A DNA stretch of 64,000 nt from Alphaproteobacteria bacterium (GTDB lineage Bacteria > Pseudomonadota > Alphaproteobacteria > G963923945). Positions 1 through 8,876 of the stretch are shown in pieces. Within the stretch, counting starts at the first letter, position 1; every line of letters starts with the position of its first letter. The notes under the pieces were generated by a model. It made no database searches. It was not told the origin of the DNA and worked only from the letters and a program-made list of their open reading frames with translations. A program made the position numbers and the translations under genes. The DNA lies in assembly GCA_965199175.1 (NCBI GenBank), contig OZ240684.1, forward strand, positions 1,448,565 through 1,512,564. The letters run 5' to 3'.

Positions 1-682
1 ACAGTCGACCTCTGATCAAAGACTTCTTCTGACCATCCACAACCGCGATTTTCACGGCGAACCGACCGCTGGTATCATTGATTTTCAGATCATCCACCAA
101 CAAAAAATCCGAACCATTGTCAGGAGTCTCAACCCCAACCATCAAAGAGGGAAAATTGCTTTCAAACTCGATCTCGAAATGGCTATCGGGTCGGCGGTTC
201 TCTAATTCTTCAGTGATGGCCTGTTTAATCACGGCCGCATCAACGACCCGACCCGCACGCTCAATAACGATGGCATCACGTTTGGACCCCGGATACCAGT
301 CCAGCCCGTGTTGCTCAGCCAGCTTACGCAGCCAGGCCGCATCACGAATCACTCTCTGACCGGGAGCCGGAGCAGCCGCCACTTCGATATAGCCAATCGG
401 GCCAAGATTATCGAACACGTCACCCAGACGAATCATATCACCCTCAATCACCACCTGGGACTTGAGTTGCGGCTTAAGGGTATCGAACCAGGAAGGAGCC
501 GCCACAGCCTCAGCACACAGCACCATCACCAAGACCGCCAACAACAGAAGCATTCGGCCCCCATTCCGGGCATCATAGCCAAACAGCGTTTTTACATTGA
601 CCGGGATAACACCATTCTTACAGGAGCTTCCCGAAGCATTGTTTGCATCATCGTGCTTTGGATGGGTCATCGTCATCTCCAT
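1..682 (-). CDS. flgA: Flagellar basal-body P-ring formation chaperone FlgA (3' end runs off the window; start at 682 or at the internal ATG ending at 553)
   Basis: My own minus-strand translation gives a signal-like MLLLLAVLVMVLCAEAVAA, then ...VVIEGDMIRLGDVFDN...APAPGQRVIRDAAWL..., which is FlgA/SAF-like. It lies directly downstream of flgG, as in alphaproteobacterial flgFGA operons. It is absent from the ORF track because it is truncated by the window edge. Confidence 0.7.
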   Translation of the reverse strand, partial: MEMTMTHPKHDDANNASGSSCKNGVIPVNVKTLFGYDARNGGRMLLLLAVLVMVLCAEAVAAPSWFDTLKPQLKSQVVIEGDMIRLGDVFDNLGPIGYIEVAAAPAPGQRVIRDAAWLRKLAEQHGLDWYPGSKRDAIVIERAGRVVDAAVIKQAITEELENRRPDSHFEIEFESNFPSLMVGVETPDNGSDFLLVDDLKINDTSGRFAVKIAVVDGQKKSLIRGRL

Positions 683-699
683 GATACCAGCATCATCAC

Positions 700-1485
700 T
701 TAACGCAGGTTGCTGGCTGTCTGTAGCATTTCATCAGAGGTCTGGATCACTTTCGAATTCATCTCATAGGCTCTTTGAGCCCGAATGAGATCGGTGATCT
801 CTGAGACTGAATCGACATTAGAAGACTCCAAAAAGCCTTGCAGAACCCCGGCAAATCCCTGCTGTCCGGCATTCCCGACAATCGGCGGACCAGAAGCCGG
901 CGTTTGCAAAAAGAGGTTTTGACCAAGTGCCACCAGGCCGTTTTCATTGCGGAAGCGTGCTAATTGAATCTGTCCGACATTGGCCGGATCCACCTGACCA
1001 GGAAGACTGACCAGAACCTCACCGTTACGATTGATCGTCACATCCAGAGCATCTTCGGGAACGGTGATTGCCGGTTCAACAGCATAGCCATCATTGGTCA
1101 CCAGGGCTCCTTCTGCACTGAGTTGGAAAGAACCAGCACGCGTAAAACCAATTTCTCCGCTGGGTAAATTGATCTGGAAAAACCCCTTCCCTTGCAAAGC
1201 AACATCATATTGATTGTCGGTCACAACCAAATTGCCCTGGCTGAACATACGATAGGTGGCTGCTGTCCGCACCCCAAGCCCCTTCTGGATACCCGAAGGA
1301 ACCAGGTCGCCATTATCTGCTGAAGGCGACCCGACCCGGCGCAAATTCTGGTAGAGCAGATCCTGAAATTCGACCCGCTGTTGCTTAAAACCGGTGGTGG
1401 CCATATTGGCAATATTGTTGGAGATGGTTTCAACATTCATCTCCTGGGCCTGCATTCCGGTAGCAGCGATACTTAAGGATCTCAT
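700..1485 (-). CDS. flgG: Flagellar basal-body rod protein FlgG
   Basis: 261 aa. N-terminal MRSLSIAATGMQAQEMNVETISNNIANMATTGFK and C-terminal LESSNVD...MIRAQRAYEMNSKVI are rod-protein signatures. Confidence 0.95.
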   Translation of the reverse strand: MRSLSIAATGMQAQEMNVETISNNIANMATTGFKQQRVEFQDLLYQNLRRVGSPSADNGDLVPSGIQKGLGVRTAATYRMFSQGNLVVTDNQYDVALQGKGFFQINLPSGEIGFTRAGSFQLSAEGALVTNDGYAVEPAITVPEDALDVTINRNGEVLVSLPGQVDPANVGQIQLARFRNENGLVALGQNLFLQTPASGPPIVGNAGQQGFAGVLQGFLESSNVDSVSEITDLIRAQRAYEMNSKVIQTSDEMLQTASNLR

Positions 1486-1546
1486 TCGTCTTTCTCCCTC
1501 TTTATTGATTCTGATTCCAACTCTTCAAGGCGTTCATCTGAAAGCG

Positions 1547-2317
1547 TTAATTGGCCCGTGTCAGTTTATCGATGGCTGAACGTTCGGTCTCATGCTGGGT
1601 GTTGATCATCCTCTGGGCAGCCTGATAGGCCCGGGATGTCGCAATCATATCGACCATTTCCACAACCGGTTTCACATTGGATTGCTCAAACATGCGGTGA
1701 CGGAGATTGGGTTGGGTAATCTCAATCGGCTCCTGATCGGTCTCATATAACGTCCCGCCGGTCTTCGTGAGGCGTTGCTGATCTTCGAAAGTAAACACAC
1801 CGATTCTGTCAATCAGCAGGCCGGTCTCATTGAACGGGCCGCCGTCTGGACCAAGCCGTTCGATGCTCAATGTGCCGTCACTGCCAATACTGATGCTTGA
1901 AGCATCCTCAGGAATATCGATCTGGCGCCCTTTGTCACTGAGAACAAGGAACCCCTGGGAAGTCACCATCTTCCCTTCATCATTGACCGCAAAGCGTCCG
2001 TTGCGGGTGTAACGCAGTCCTTGCGGCGTTTCGATCTGAAAATAACCCTCGCCACCAATGGCAACATCCAGGTCCCGCCCGGTTGACTGAAAATTTCCCT
2101 CCCGCGTGTCACGCCACATACCGTAATCCTGGGTATAAGACAGCGAACGTTCGCCAAACCGATCACCGGTTTTGGCCAGATAATCCACGAATATGCCGGT
2201 TTCTTTCTTGAAACCAGGCGTATCCATGTTGGCAATATTATTAGAAATAATATCAAGCCTTTGGCGTAAGGTCGTCTGACGAGACAACGCGACCAAAGAC
2301 GCATTTTCAAACGACAT
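1547..2317 (-). CDS. flgF: Flagellar basal-body rod protein FlgF
   Basis: 256 aa. Carries the SNNIANMDTPGFKKE motif and a C-terminal SRAYQAAQRMI. Sits upstream of flgG. Confidence 0.9.
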   Translation of the reverse strand: MSFENASLVALSRQTTLRQRLDIISNNIANMDTPGFKKETGIFVDYLAKTGDRFGERSLSYTQDYGMWRDTREGNFQSTGRDLDVAIGGEGYFQIETPQGLRYTRNGRFAVNDEGKMVTSQGFLVLSDKGRQIDIPEDASSISIGSDGTLSIERLGPDGGPFNETGLLIDRIGVFTFEDQQRLTKTGGTLYETDQEPIEITQPNLRHRMFEQSNVKPVVEMVDMIATSRAYQAAQRMINTQHETERSAIDKLTRAN

Positions 2318-2840
2318 GATTCCTGTCCTTTATCCTCTTCATACCCGGTGCCATCACGGATTTCCTGTTTCCCGTCAAAACGGCCCGATCCGGATTATGC
2401 GCTCTCATTGTTATCTGTGTTCTCATTGTTCAAAGCGTTGCTTTACCGGTGGCCACCCCTTTAAGTCCGGGAATGTTTTTATATAAGCCTGAAAAAAAAA
2501 GAGAGGCCCCAAACAACATAAGAAAAGGGTGCACACAGCGTGCCGGAGCCATAAAGCCGGTTTTCAGGGCATCAGAGAGCAAAAGCCACCACCCATACCG
2601 GATCATCAGGAAAGTTTTGCCCGGTATTTCCTGCCCTATACCGGCCATATCGTCTATGCTGTTGCTCTTTATGGATTGGGCCAATCAGCTATCATCAAAG
2701 GAAACATCCCCATCCACCCGACCACAGACCCACCGGGCCACGACCCACCAGACCACAAAACCACCGGACCACAGAAAAACACAGCGGATTAAAAAATATC
2801 AATGCGGATTCTAAACGTTATGGACTTTGAACCATACGGA

Positions 2841-2879
2841 TCTTAAAAATTATGTAGATTTCTTAAAAATACGTAGATT
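2841..2879. repeat. Tandem duplication, about 20 bp x2
   Basis: tcttaaaaattatgtagatt / tcttaaaaatacgtagatt. Confidence 0.9.
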
Positions 2880-2995
2880 GTACAGACATATGAGGGTTAA
2901 AAATATCCGGGAGTTTAAAAATACATCAATGAAAACAGGCTACACTCTCAGCTATTATTCCTGATCAACAGGATATAACCGGGTATCGTGGCTGC

Positions 2996-3025
2996 GTTGT
3001 TGCCAGTTGTGTTGTTGCCAGTTGC
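2996..3025. repeat. Tandem duplication, 15 bp x2
   Basis: gttgttgccagttgt / gttgttgccagttgc. Confidence 0.9.
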
Positions 3026-3060
3026 TTTGTCGCCATCGGCCAGAAAAGCAACCGAAAAAA

Positions 3061-3120
3061 TGACTGATGAAAAAATGACTGATGAAAAAAACCGTGCATA
3101 AAAAAACTGTGCATAAAAAA
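3061..3120. repeat. Two adjacent 15-bp x2 tandem duplications
   Basis: tgactgatgaaaaaa x2 (identical copies), then accgtgcataaaaaa / actgtgcataaaaaa. Confidence 0.95.
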
Positions 3121-3156
3121 CTGTGTATGGGAACCTTTTAGAAGGGAACATGGACG

Positions 3157-3711
3157 ATGTCCGATTCAACATCAGACTCAGATGATCCGCTTTCAGCAAG
3201 TCTTGCGGCCGGAGAACAAGGGGATGACAATTCCGGCCTCAAAAAAGTCATCCTGATCTTATCGATCTCAATCCTTCTGATTACCGGTATCATAGGCGGT
3301 CTGTGGGTGAGCGGCGTCTTCGGGGAGAGCGAAACCGCCGCCGAAACCGAAGAAGCAGGAGATGAAGCAGTTGAAGACGACACCCCGGACCGGCAACCCG
3401 CCAGCAGTGGGGTGTTTTATGATTTGCCTCAAATGCTGGTCAATCTGGCCAGCAGCGGACGCAGAGCCAGCTTTCTGAAAATCACTTTGAGCCTGGAATT
3501 GGGAGGCCCTGCAGATCTCCCTCTCATTGAGCAGGCTCTCCCCCGCATCACCGATACCCTGCAAGTCTATCTCAGGGAACTGCGCCCCGAAGACCTTAAA
3601 GGATCATCCGGCATCCATCGATTACGCGAAGAACTGCTCACCCGTCTGGATACATCGGCTGATCCGGTTGAAGTCCAGGATATCTTGTTCAAGGAGATTC
3701 TGGTACAATAA
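3157..3711 (+). CDS. fliL: Flagellar basal body-associated protein FliL
   Basis: 184 aa with a single TM helix. The C-terminal domain LPQMLVNLASSGRRASFLKITLSLE...LQVYLRELRPEDL is typical of FliL. Lies upstream of fliM. Confidence 0.85.
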   Translation: MSDSTSDSDDPLSASLAAGEQGDDNSGLKKVILILSISILLITGIIGGLWVSGVFGESETAAETEEAGDEAVEDDTPDRQPASSGVFYDLPQMLVNLASSGRRASFLKITLSLELGGPADLPLIEQALPRITDTLQVYLRELRPEDLKGSSGIHRLREELLTRLDTSADPVEVQDILFKEILVQ

Positions 3712-3818
3712 TTATGAATGTTGGCCCGGTGTTTGCTTTGTATTTGATTCCAGAGAGATGAAACAGGAATCCGGCAACTGCTTTCGGATTCCCCTGAAGA
3801 TCGGTTCCGGGAAGATTG

Positions 3819-3860
3819 TTTGGGTGAAATTTTTAAGATTTTGGGTGAATTTTTTAAGAT
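3819..3860. repeat. Tandem duplication, about 21 bp x2, in the fliL-fliM spacer
   Basis: ttgggtgaaatttttaagat / tttgggtgaattttttaagat. Confidence 0.9.
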
Positions 3861-4100
3861 CAAGACCAGAAAATTTCAGGAAAGTCCTTTATACTGATTC
3901 AAAATTCTATACTCATTTCTGTATTTATATCTCTGTATTCATAAAATCCTTATAGACTCATCCCGTATACTATACGCATCGTATAACCGCACAGCCTTGT
4001 ATACAGTGTAACCATACAGCATGAACTCAAGCGAGATTGCGAAGATGAGGCAAAGAGCAAAAAGGCAACATGGCACCCTTTGTAAACAGAACCCCGGATC

Positions 4101-5213
4101 ATGAGTGACGTCAAACAAACCGGACCGGCTGGCGCAGAAATAAGCGAAGAAGATCGCATGGCTGAAGAGTGGGCAGCCATGGCTGCGGGGGATGGCAGCG
4201 GTCAGGAGGCCGGAGAAGAACAGGATGATGAATCCGGTTCAGCACGGGTTCTCAATCAGGAAGAAATTGATAGCCTGCTCGGCTTTGAAGAGAGCGACGG
4301 GATGTCCGATGATTCGGGCATCATGTCGATTGTCAACAGTGCGCTTGTATCCTATGAGCGCTTGCCGATGCTTGAGATCGTCTATGACCGGATGGTCCGG
4401 CTGTTATCAACCAGTCTGCGTAATTTTACCTCTGACAATGTCGAAGTTTCCTTAGATAATGTGAGCTCGGTGCGGTTTGGTGATTACCTGAACGCGATTC
4501 CTCTGCCGGCAATTCTGTCGGTTTTCCAGGCCGAAGAATGGGATAATTACGGCTTAATTGCTGTCGATAGTTCCCTGATTTACTCAATCGTTGATGTCTT
4601 GTTGGGGGGAAGACGCGGGGCGTCAGCCATGCGGATTGAGGGACGCCCCTACACCACCATTGAGCGGACCCTGGTCCAGCGCCTGGTTGAGATTATTCTG
4701 GCTGACCTTTCCAGTGCTTTTGATCCTTTGAGCCCGGTGACGTTTCGGCTGGACCGGCTGGAAACCAATCCCCGCTTTGCCACCATTGCCCGGCCCGCCA
4801 ATGCGGCTATCGTGACCCGCTTGCGAATCGATATGGAAGATCGCGGCGGCAAAGTGGATCTTCTGATCCCTTACGCCACCCTTGAACCGATCCGCGAATT
4901 GTTGCTCCAGATGTTTATGGGTGAAAAATTCGGACGCGATTCAATCTGGGAAAATCATTTGGCTTCCGAACTCTGGAAAACCAATGTGCCCATTGATGCT
5001 GTCCTTGACACCACCACAATGTCGCTTGGAGCTGTCATGAGGTTTCGGGTCGGCAGCAAAATCGTCTTTGAGACAACACCAGATAGCGATATTTCCCTGG
5101 TCTGCGGAAACCGTGGTATGTTTTCCGGGAAAATGGGCCGTAAAGGAAAAAATATCGCTGTACGGGTTGAAGATGAGATTATCTCCGAAAACGAAGAGGA
5201 TGAAGATAGATAA
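4101..5213 (+). CDS. fliM: Flagellar motor switch protein FliM
   Basis: 370 aa. Has the LNQEEIDSLLGF CheY-P-binding type N-terminal peptide, ERLPMLEIVYDRMVR, LIYSIVDVLLGGRRG and a C-terminal SpoA-like region. Confidence 0.93.
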   Translation: MSDVKQTGPAGAEISEEDRMAEEWAAMAAGDGSGQEAGEEQDDESGSARVLNQEEIDSLLGFEESDGMSDDSGIMSIVNSALVSYERLPMLEIVYDRMVRLLSTSLRNFTSDNVEVSLDNVSSVRFGDYLNAIPLPAILSVFQAEEWDNYGLIAVDSSLIYSIVDVLLGGRRGASAMRIEGRPYTTIERTLVQRLVEIILADLSSAFDPLSPVTFRLDRLETNPRFATIARPANAAIVTRLRIDMEDRGGKVDLLIPYATLEPIRELLLQMFMGEKFGRDSIWENHLASELWKTNVPIDAVLDTTTMSLGAVMRFRVGSKIVFETTPDSDISLVCGNRGMFSGKMGRKGKNIAVRVEDEIISENEEDEDR

Positions 5214-5219
5214 CAGGCG

Positions 5220-5726
5220 GTGGAATCAATGCCGGTATTGATCCTTGATATCATTGTGATTACCTTGTTGGGAGCCACCATCTTTTATTGCTGGCATCTC
5301 AACAAGCGTCTGGGCCACTGGCGGCGTGATGAGCAACGCTTACGCGCGATGATTGCTGATTTTGATGCGGCCACCCAGCGTGCTGAGGCCGGTATTCAGG
5401 ATTTGCGACAAACCGGCGAACATATTGAAAATACACTCCATAAACGCATGCGTGATGCCCGGGCACTGAGTGATGAATTACAGTTTATGATTGAGAATCT
5501 CGATTCCCTGACGACTCATTTTGATCAAACATCATCGCCCCCTTCATCTGAGCACTCATCATCAAAAATGCCGGATGTCGCCCGGTCTGCCGGCGGTATG
5601 GGCAGCCATACCAACCATCATAATAGCCGTGATTCCCAGTCTCGTGGTGACAAAAAAAATCCGGGAGCCTCCGTGAAATCACGTGCTGAAAGAGAATTGC
5701 TGAAAGCACTCAGATCAGGGAAATAA
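5220..5726 (+). CDS. Hypothetical single-TM coiled-coil protein of the flagellar cluster (I recall similar proteins annotated as DUF6468). GTG start at 5220, or ATG at 5229
   Basis: 168 aa with an N-terminal TM helix followed by a coiled coil. Its stop overlaps the start of the next gene (TAATG). The family assignment is from memory only. Confidence 0.5.
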   Translation: MESMPVLILDIIVITLLGATIFYCWHLNKRLGHWRRDEQRLRAMIADFDAATQRAEAGIQDLRQTGEHIENTLHKRMRDARALSDELQFMIENLDSLTTHFDQTSSPPSSEHSSSKMPDVARSAGGMGSHTNHHNSRDSQSRGDKKNPGASVKSRAERELLKALRSGK

Positions 5727-6466
5727 TGAAAACCATGCCCCGCTTAGTACCCGCGCGCGCACCCCTTAAAAAGAGCATCTTTCAACGGATACGTCTTCTG
5801 CCGATTATCATTTTTTTCGCTGTTTTGATGTTGGGGATACGAACCGATCAACTGGTTGACCGCTTTGACGCCCCTCAGTCACTTGCTCAGAGTGAAGAAA
5901 CACAATCCCCGCCGCCAGAAGCTGCGGATGCTCAGGAAGCACAGCCTCAAACCCAGGAGCAGCCTGCCCCCCCTCAGGATATTTTTCGCCAACCCCAACA
6001 GCCCGAATTCAGTGAGGCTGAAATTGATACATTGCGCTTACTGGCCGCACGGCGGGAAAAACTGGATGCCCGGGAACAAAGCCTTGAGACCCGTGAGGGC
6101 CTCCTGGTTGTTGCTGAAGAAAGAATCGATGAAAAGGTTACTGAGTTGAATCTTTTAGAAGAACGGATAAAATCTCTGATTATCCAGTATGATGAACAAG
6201 AAGAAGCGCGTCTGCGGAGCCTGGTTAAAATTTATGAAAACATGAAACCGAAAGATGCAGCACGGATTTTTGACGAATTGGATCTGGATATCTTGCTCAA
6301 TGTCATTAGCTTCATGAAAGAACGCCGGGTGGCCCCGGTTCTTGCCGCGATGGATCCCGCCAAAGCCGAAGCCATCACATCAGAAATAGCTTTGCAGTCC
6401 TTTATTCCGCTCAATGATAAAACTTTAGGTGCGATGCTCGAAAAAGAGGGAAATCCAGATCCTTAA
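5726..6466 (+). CDS. motE: MotE-like flagellar protein (MgtE-N-type domain)
   Basis: 246 aa with an N-terminal TM helix, a Pro/Gln-rich linker and a coiled coil, then LVKIYENMKPKDAARIFDELDLDILLNVISFMKERRVAPVLAAMDP, which matches the MotE/FlbB-type domain. Confidence 0.6.
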   Translation: MKTMPRLVPARAPLKKSIFQRIRLLPIIIFFAVLMLGIRTDQLVDRFDAPQSLAQSEETQSPPPEAADAQEAQPQTQEQPAPPQDIFRQPQQPEFSEAEIDTLRLLAARREKLDAREQSLETREGLLVVAEERIDEKVTELNLLEERIKSLIIQYDEQEEARLRSLVKIYENMKPKDAARIFDELDLDILLNVISFMKERRVAPVLAAMDPAKAEAITSEIALQSFIPLNDKTLGAMLEKEGNPDP

Positions 6467-6571
6467 AAATACGCGCTAAATTGACTGATCTTCAATCCGG
6501 TTGATGGATCGTACCGGATTGTTTTTTTGGGAAAACCGGCCTAAAATTGGGTCGCTTAAATCAACAATCCT

Positions 6572-6617
6572 CACGCTAAAGATTTGGATTTAAACACGCT
6601 AAAGATTTGGATTTAAA
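6572..6617. repeat. Tandem duplication, 23 bp x2
   Basis: cacgctaaagatttggatttaaa repeated twice. Confidence 0.95.
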
Positions 6618-6699
6618 AACGTTTAGATTAAGATGAAAAATGCTGAGGTGAGCAAATGGCAGAATAAAACATTTCAGAAATAATCAAAATCAAACAAAC

Positions 6700-6913
6700 A
6701 ATCAAAAAATAAAAGAGTAAAAGAGTAAATCAGAATTAAGAGATTCAATCAAAATTAAGAGAGTAAATTAAAATAGAAAAATAAATTAAGAAAAAATAAA
6801 TTAAGATAAGAGAACAAATTAAAATAAATAATTTAAAATAAATTAAGACAAAAATTTTACCCTGGTATAGTTTTACCTTGGTACAGTTTTACCCTAGTAT
6901 AACCCTGGTATAG
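6700..6913. repeat. AT-rich low-complexity repeat tract followed by a 16-bp unit repeated about 3.6 times
   Basis: Recurrent aaaagagtaa, aattaagaga and aaataaattaaga motifs, then ttttaccctggtatag / ttttaccttggtacag / ttttaccctagtataa / ccctggtatag (6855-6913). Confidence 0.85.
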
Positions 6914-7040
6914 TATGCGTCATCATTCTGACCGACTTTGATAAAAACAGATATGATAACAACAGATAAAAATATGAAACAACAATCAAGACACCGGCAT
7001 ATGGCCGGAATTGGGAGATATGCGGAGGTAAAAGTAGAAA

Positions 7041-7427
7041 ATGGCCGTTGATAAAAGCATGAATATTTTGATCGTTGATGATTATAAAACCATGTTACGC
7101 ATCATTCGAAATCTCCTTAAACAGTTAGGCTTCAACAATGTTGATGAAGCCAGCGATGGCAGTGAGGCTCTGAATAAAGCTCAGACAAAAAATTATGGTT
7201 TGATTATTTCAGATTGGAATATGGAACCCATGACCGGTTTGCAGCTGCTTAAAGAGATTCGCGGTGATGACCGGCTTGGCAAAACGCCTTTCATCATGAT
7301 CACCGCCGAAAGTAAAACTGAAAATGTTGTGGCAGCAAAACAGGCCGGGGTGAATAATTATATTGTTAAACCGTTTAATGCAGAAACACTTAAAACTAAG
7401 ATGACCAGTGTCCTTGGCCCGTTTTAA
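7041..7427 (+). CDS. cheY: Chemotaxis response regulator CheY
   Basis: 128 aa single receiver domain with the DD pair (ILIVDD), phospho-acceptor context ISDWNMEPMTG and KPF. Confidence 0.9.
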   Translation: MAVDKSMNILIVDDYKTMLRIIRNLLKQLGFNNVDEASDGSEALNKAQTKNYGLIISDWNMEPMTGLQLLKEIRGDDRLGKTPFIMITAESKTENVVAAKQAGVNNYIVKPFNAETLKTKMTSVLGPF

Positions 7428-7450
7428 GCCAGCTTGAACTCTGAGTTATT

Positions 7451-7489
7451 TTTTCACTGAACTATCTTTTCACTGAACTGTTTTTCACC
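7451..7489. repeat. Tandem duplication, 15-16 bp x2.5, abutting the cheZ ATG
   Basis: ttttcactgaactatc / ttttcactgaactgt / ttttcacc, followed by the ATG at 7490. Confidence 0.9.
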
Positions 7490-8158
7490 ATGACTCAGGA
7501 TACACTCCAACAGGAAATCGAAGGCCGCTTGCAGGTTTTGCGTGATCAGTTTGGTGAAACCATTTCGGTTGATCGTCTGGATGAAATCATCGGCGAAGTG
7601 ATCACCAGTTTACATGGTGACGTCAATCCGGCTGATTTACGTATTTCCCGGGATCTTGAAGAGCTGGTCAATTACATTAAGACTCTGCGTACAGAGATAT
7701 CCGCCATTGGTCCTAAAGAAATCCAGGCCAAATATGTGCGCCCCTCATCAGACCAGCTGGATGCGGTTGTTGCCGCTACCGAAGAAGCGACCGGAGCCAT
7801 TCTTGATGCCGTCGAGCGTATTGAAAATATCGCCGGAAATGTTACCGATCAGGAAATGTCTGCTGCTTTGGGAACCGAGGTGAATAACATTTACGAAGCA
7901 TGTAATTTTCAGGATATTACCGGACAACGCATCAGTAAAGTTGTCAGTTCATTGCATAATATCGAAGAAAAATTATGGAAAATGGCCGCCGCCCTGGGCT
8001 TTGATCCGGCTGGTGGCGAAATCTCAGATACCGCAACCGACACCCCGGAACAAGAAGACGCTCCAGATCCTTCTGATGAGAAGGATTTGCTAAACGGTCC
8101 GCAATTACCGGGGCATGCAACGAGCCAGGAAGAAATTGACGCCCTACTTGAAAAATAA
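7490..8158 (+). CDS. cheZ: CheY-P phosphatase CheZ
   Basis: 222 aa. Catalytic FQDITGQ motif (Asp and Gln spaced as in E. coli CheZ) and a C-terminal SQEEIDALLEK CheY-binding-type peptide. Directly downstream of cheY. Confidence 0.78.
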   Translation: MTQDTLQQEIEGRLQVLRDQFGETISVDRLDEIIGEVITSLHGDVNPADLRISRDLEELVNYIKTLRTEISAIGPKEIQAKYVRPSSDQLDAVVAATEEATGAILDAVERIENIAGNVTDQEMSAALGTEVNNIYEACNFQDITGQRISKVVSSLHNIEEKLWKMAAALGFDPAGGEISDTATDTPEQEDAPDPSDEKDLLNGPQLPGHATSQEEIDALLEK

Positions 8159-8183
8159 TGAGACCACGCCATCAGGTGACCTG

Positions 8184-8876
8184 ATGGCATCTCCGGCGCT
8201 ATCAAATAGCGACGACGATGATAAAAACAGAGGCATCGTCGTCTTTTTGACCTTGTACCTTCTGTTGGTGGCTTTCTTCATCCTGCTCAACGCAGTATCA
8301 GTGATCAATGAAGAAAAATCACTGGAAGTGATGGGAAGCATGAAAGACACTTTCCGCCCGGTCGAAATTGTCTCGGAGGTTGCCACTGAATTTAGTTCAG
8401 ATATTGGTGCCTTTGCCCAGGCTTCGGTCACGTTGTTACAGGTTGCCGACCTGGTCAAAAAAGCCATCCCGTTGGCAAAAATTGAGGATTCCAAGCCAGG
8501 GGAACTGATGAACATCACGGTCAATATGGATGCCCTCTTTGTTGCCGGAAAAGCCCGCTTAAAGGCATCGGCTGAAAATTTGCTGCGCCGGACTGCTGTG
8601 GCCATCAATGAGCCACCGCCAGGGCTACGCTACGATGTTGAGGTCCTCTTTGAACGGGATATTCCCGTGGGAAAAACACAAAGCAAGCCATCTCTTAATA
8701 CCGCCAGAGCAAGTGTTTTAGCCAATGAATTACAGGCTCGTGGCGGTCCGGAACATAGTATATTGATTGGCCTCGACCCCAGCCTGGGGGAGGTTGTTGA
8801 ACTTCGTTTTGAAGTGCGCGAAGAAAATGATGCGCGCATCACCTTTGAAGAAACCCTGGGGCTGGAAAATGAGTGA
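8184..8876 (+). CDS. Degenerate MotB-like membrane protein (no conserved TM aspartate seen)
   Basis: One TM helix (GIVVFLTLYLLLVAFFILLNAV) in a MotB-like position but without the Asp. The C-terminus is only weakly OmpA-like. Start chosen at the ATG at 8184, after the cheZ stop; the ORF track begins at 8115. Confidence 0.45.
   Translation: MASPALSNSDDDDKNRGIVVFLTLYLLLVAFFILLNAVSVINEEKSLEVMGSMKDTFRPVEIVSEVATEFSSDIGAFAQASVTLLQVADLVKKAIPLAKIEDSKPGELMNITVNMDALFVAGKARLKASAENLLRRTAVAINEPPPGLRYDVEVLFERDIPVGKTQSKPSLNTARASVLANELQARGGPEHSILIGLDPSLGEVVELRFEVREENDARITFEETLGLENE

Noticed and set aside
2430-2814. Overlapping ORFs 2430..2684 (minus, 84 aa) and 2449..2814 (plus, 121 aa) in the flgF/fliL divergent region
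   Set aside because: I recognise no motif in either. They lie antisense to each other, and the region contains a homopolymer run and CCAC-rich low-complexity sequence. A small membrane protein on the minus strand cannot be excluded, but support is too weak to call a CDS.
2948-3199. 83-aa minus-strand ORF with internally repeated peptide (FFYAQFFYARFF, SSVIFSSVIF)
   Set aside because: The repeated peptide is simply the translation of three adjacent 15-bp tandem duplications in a non-coding spacer, and the ORF overlaps the fliL start.
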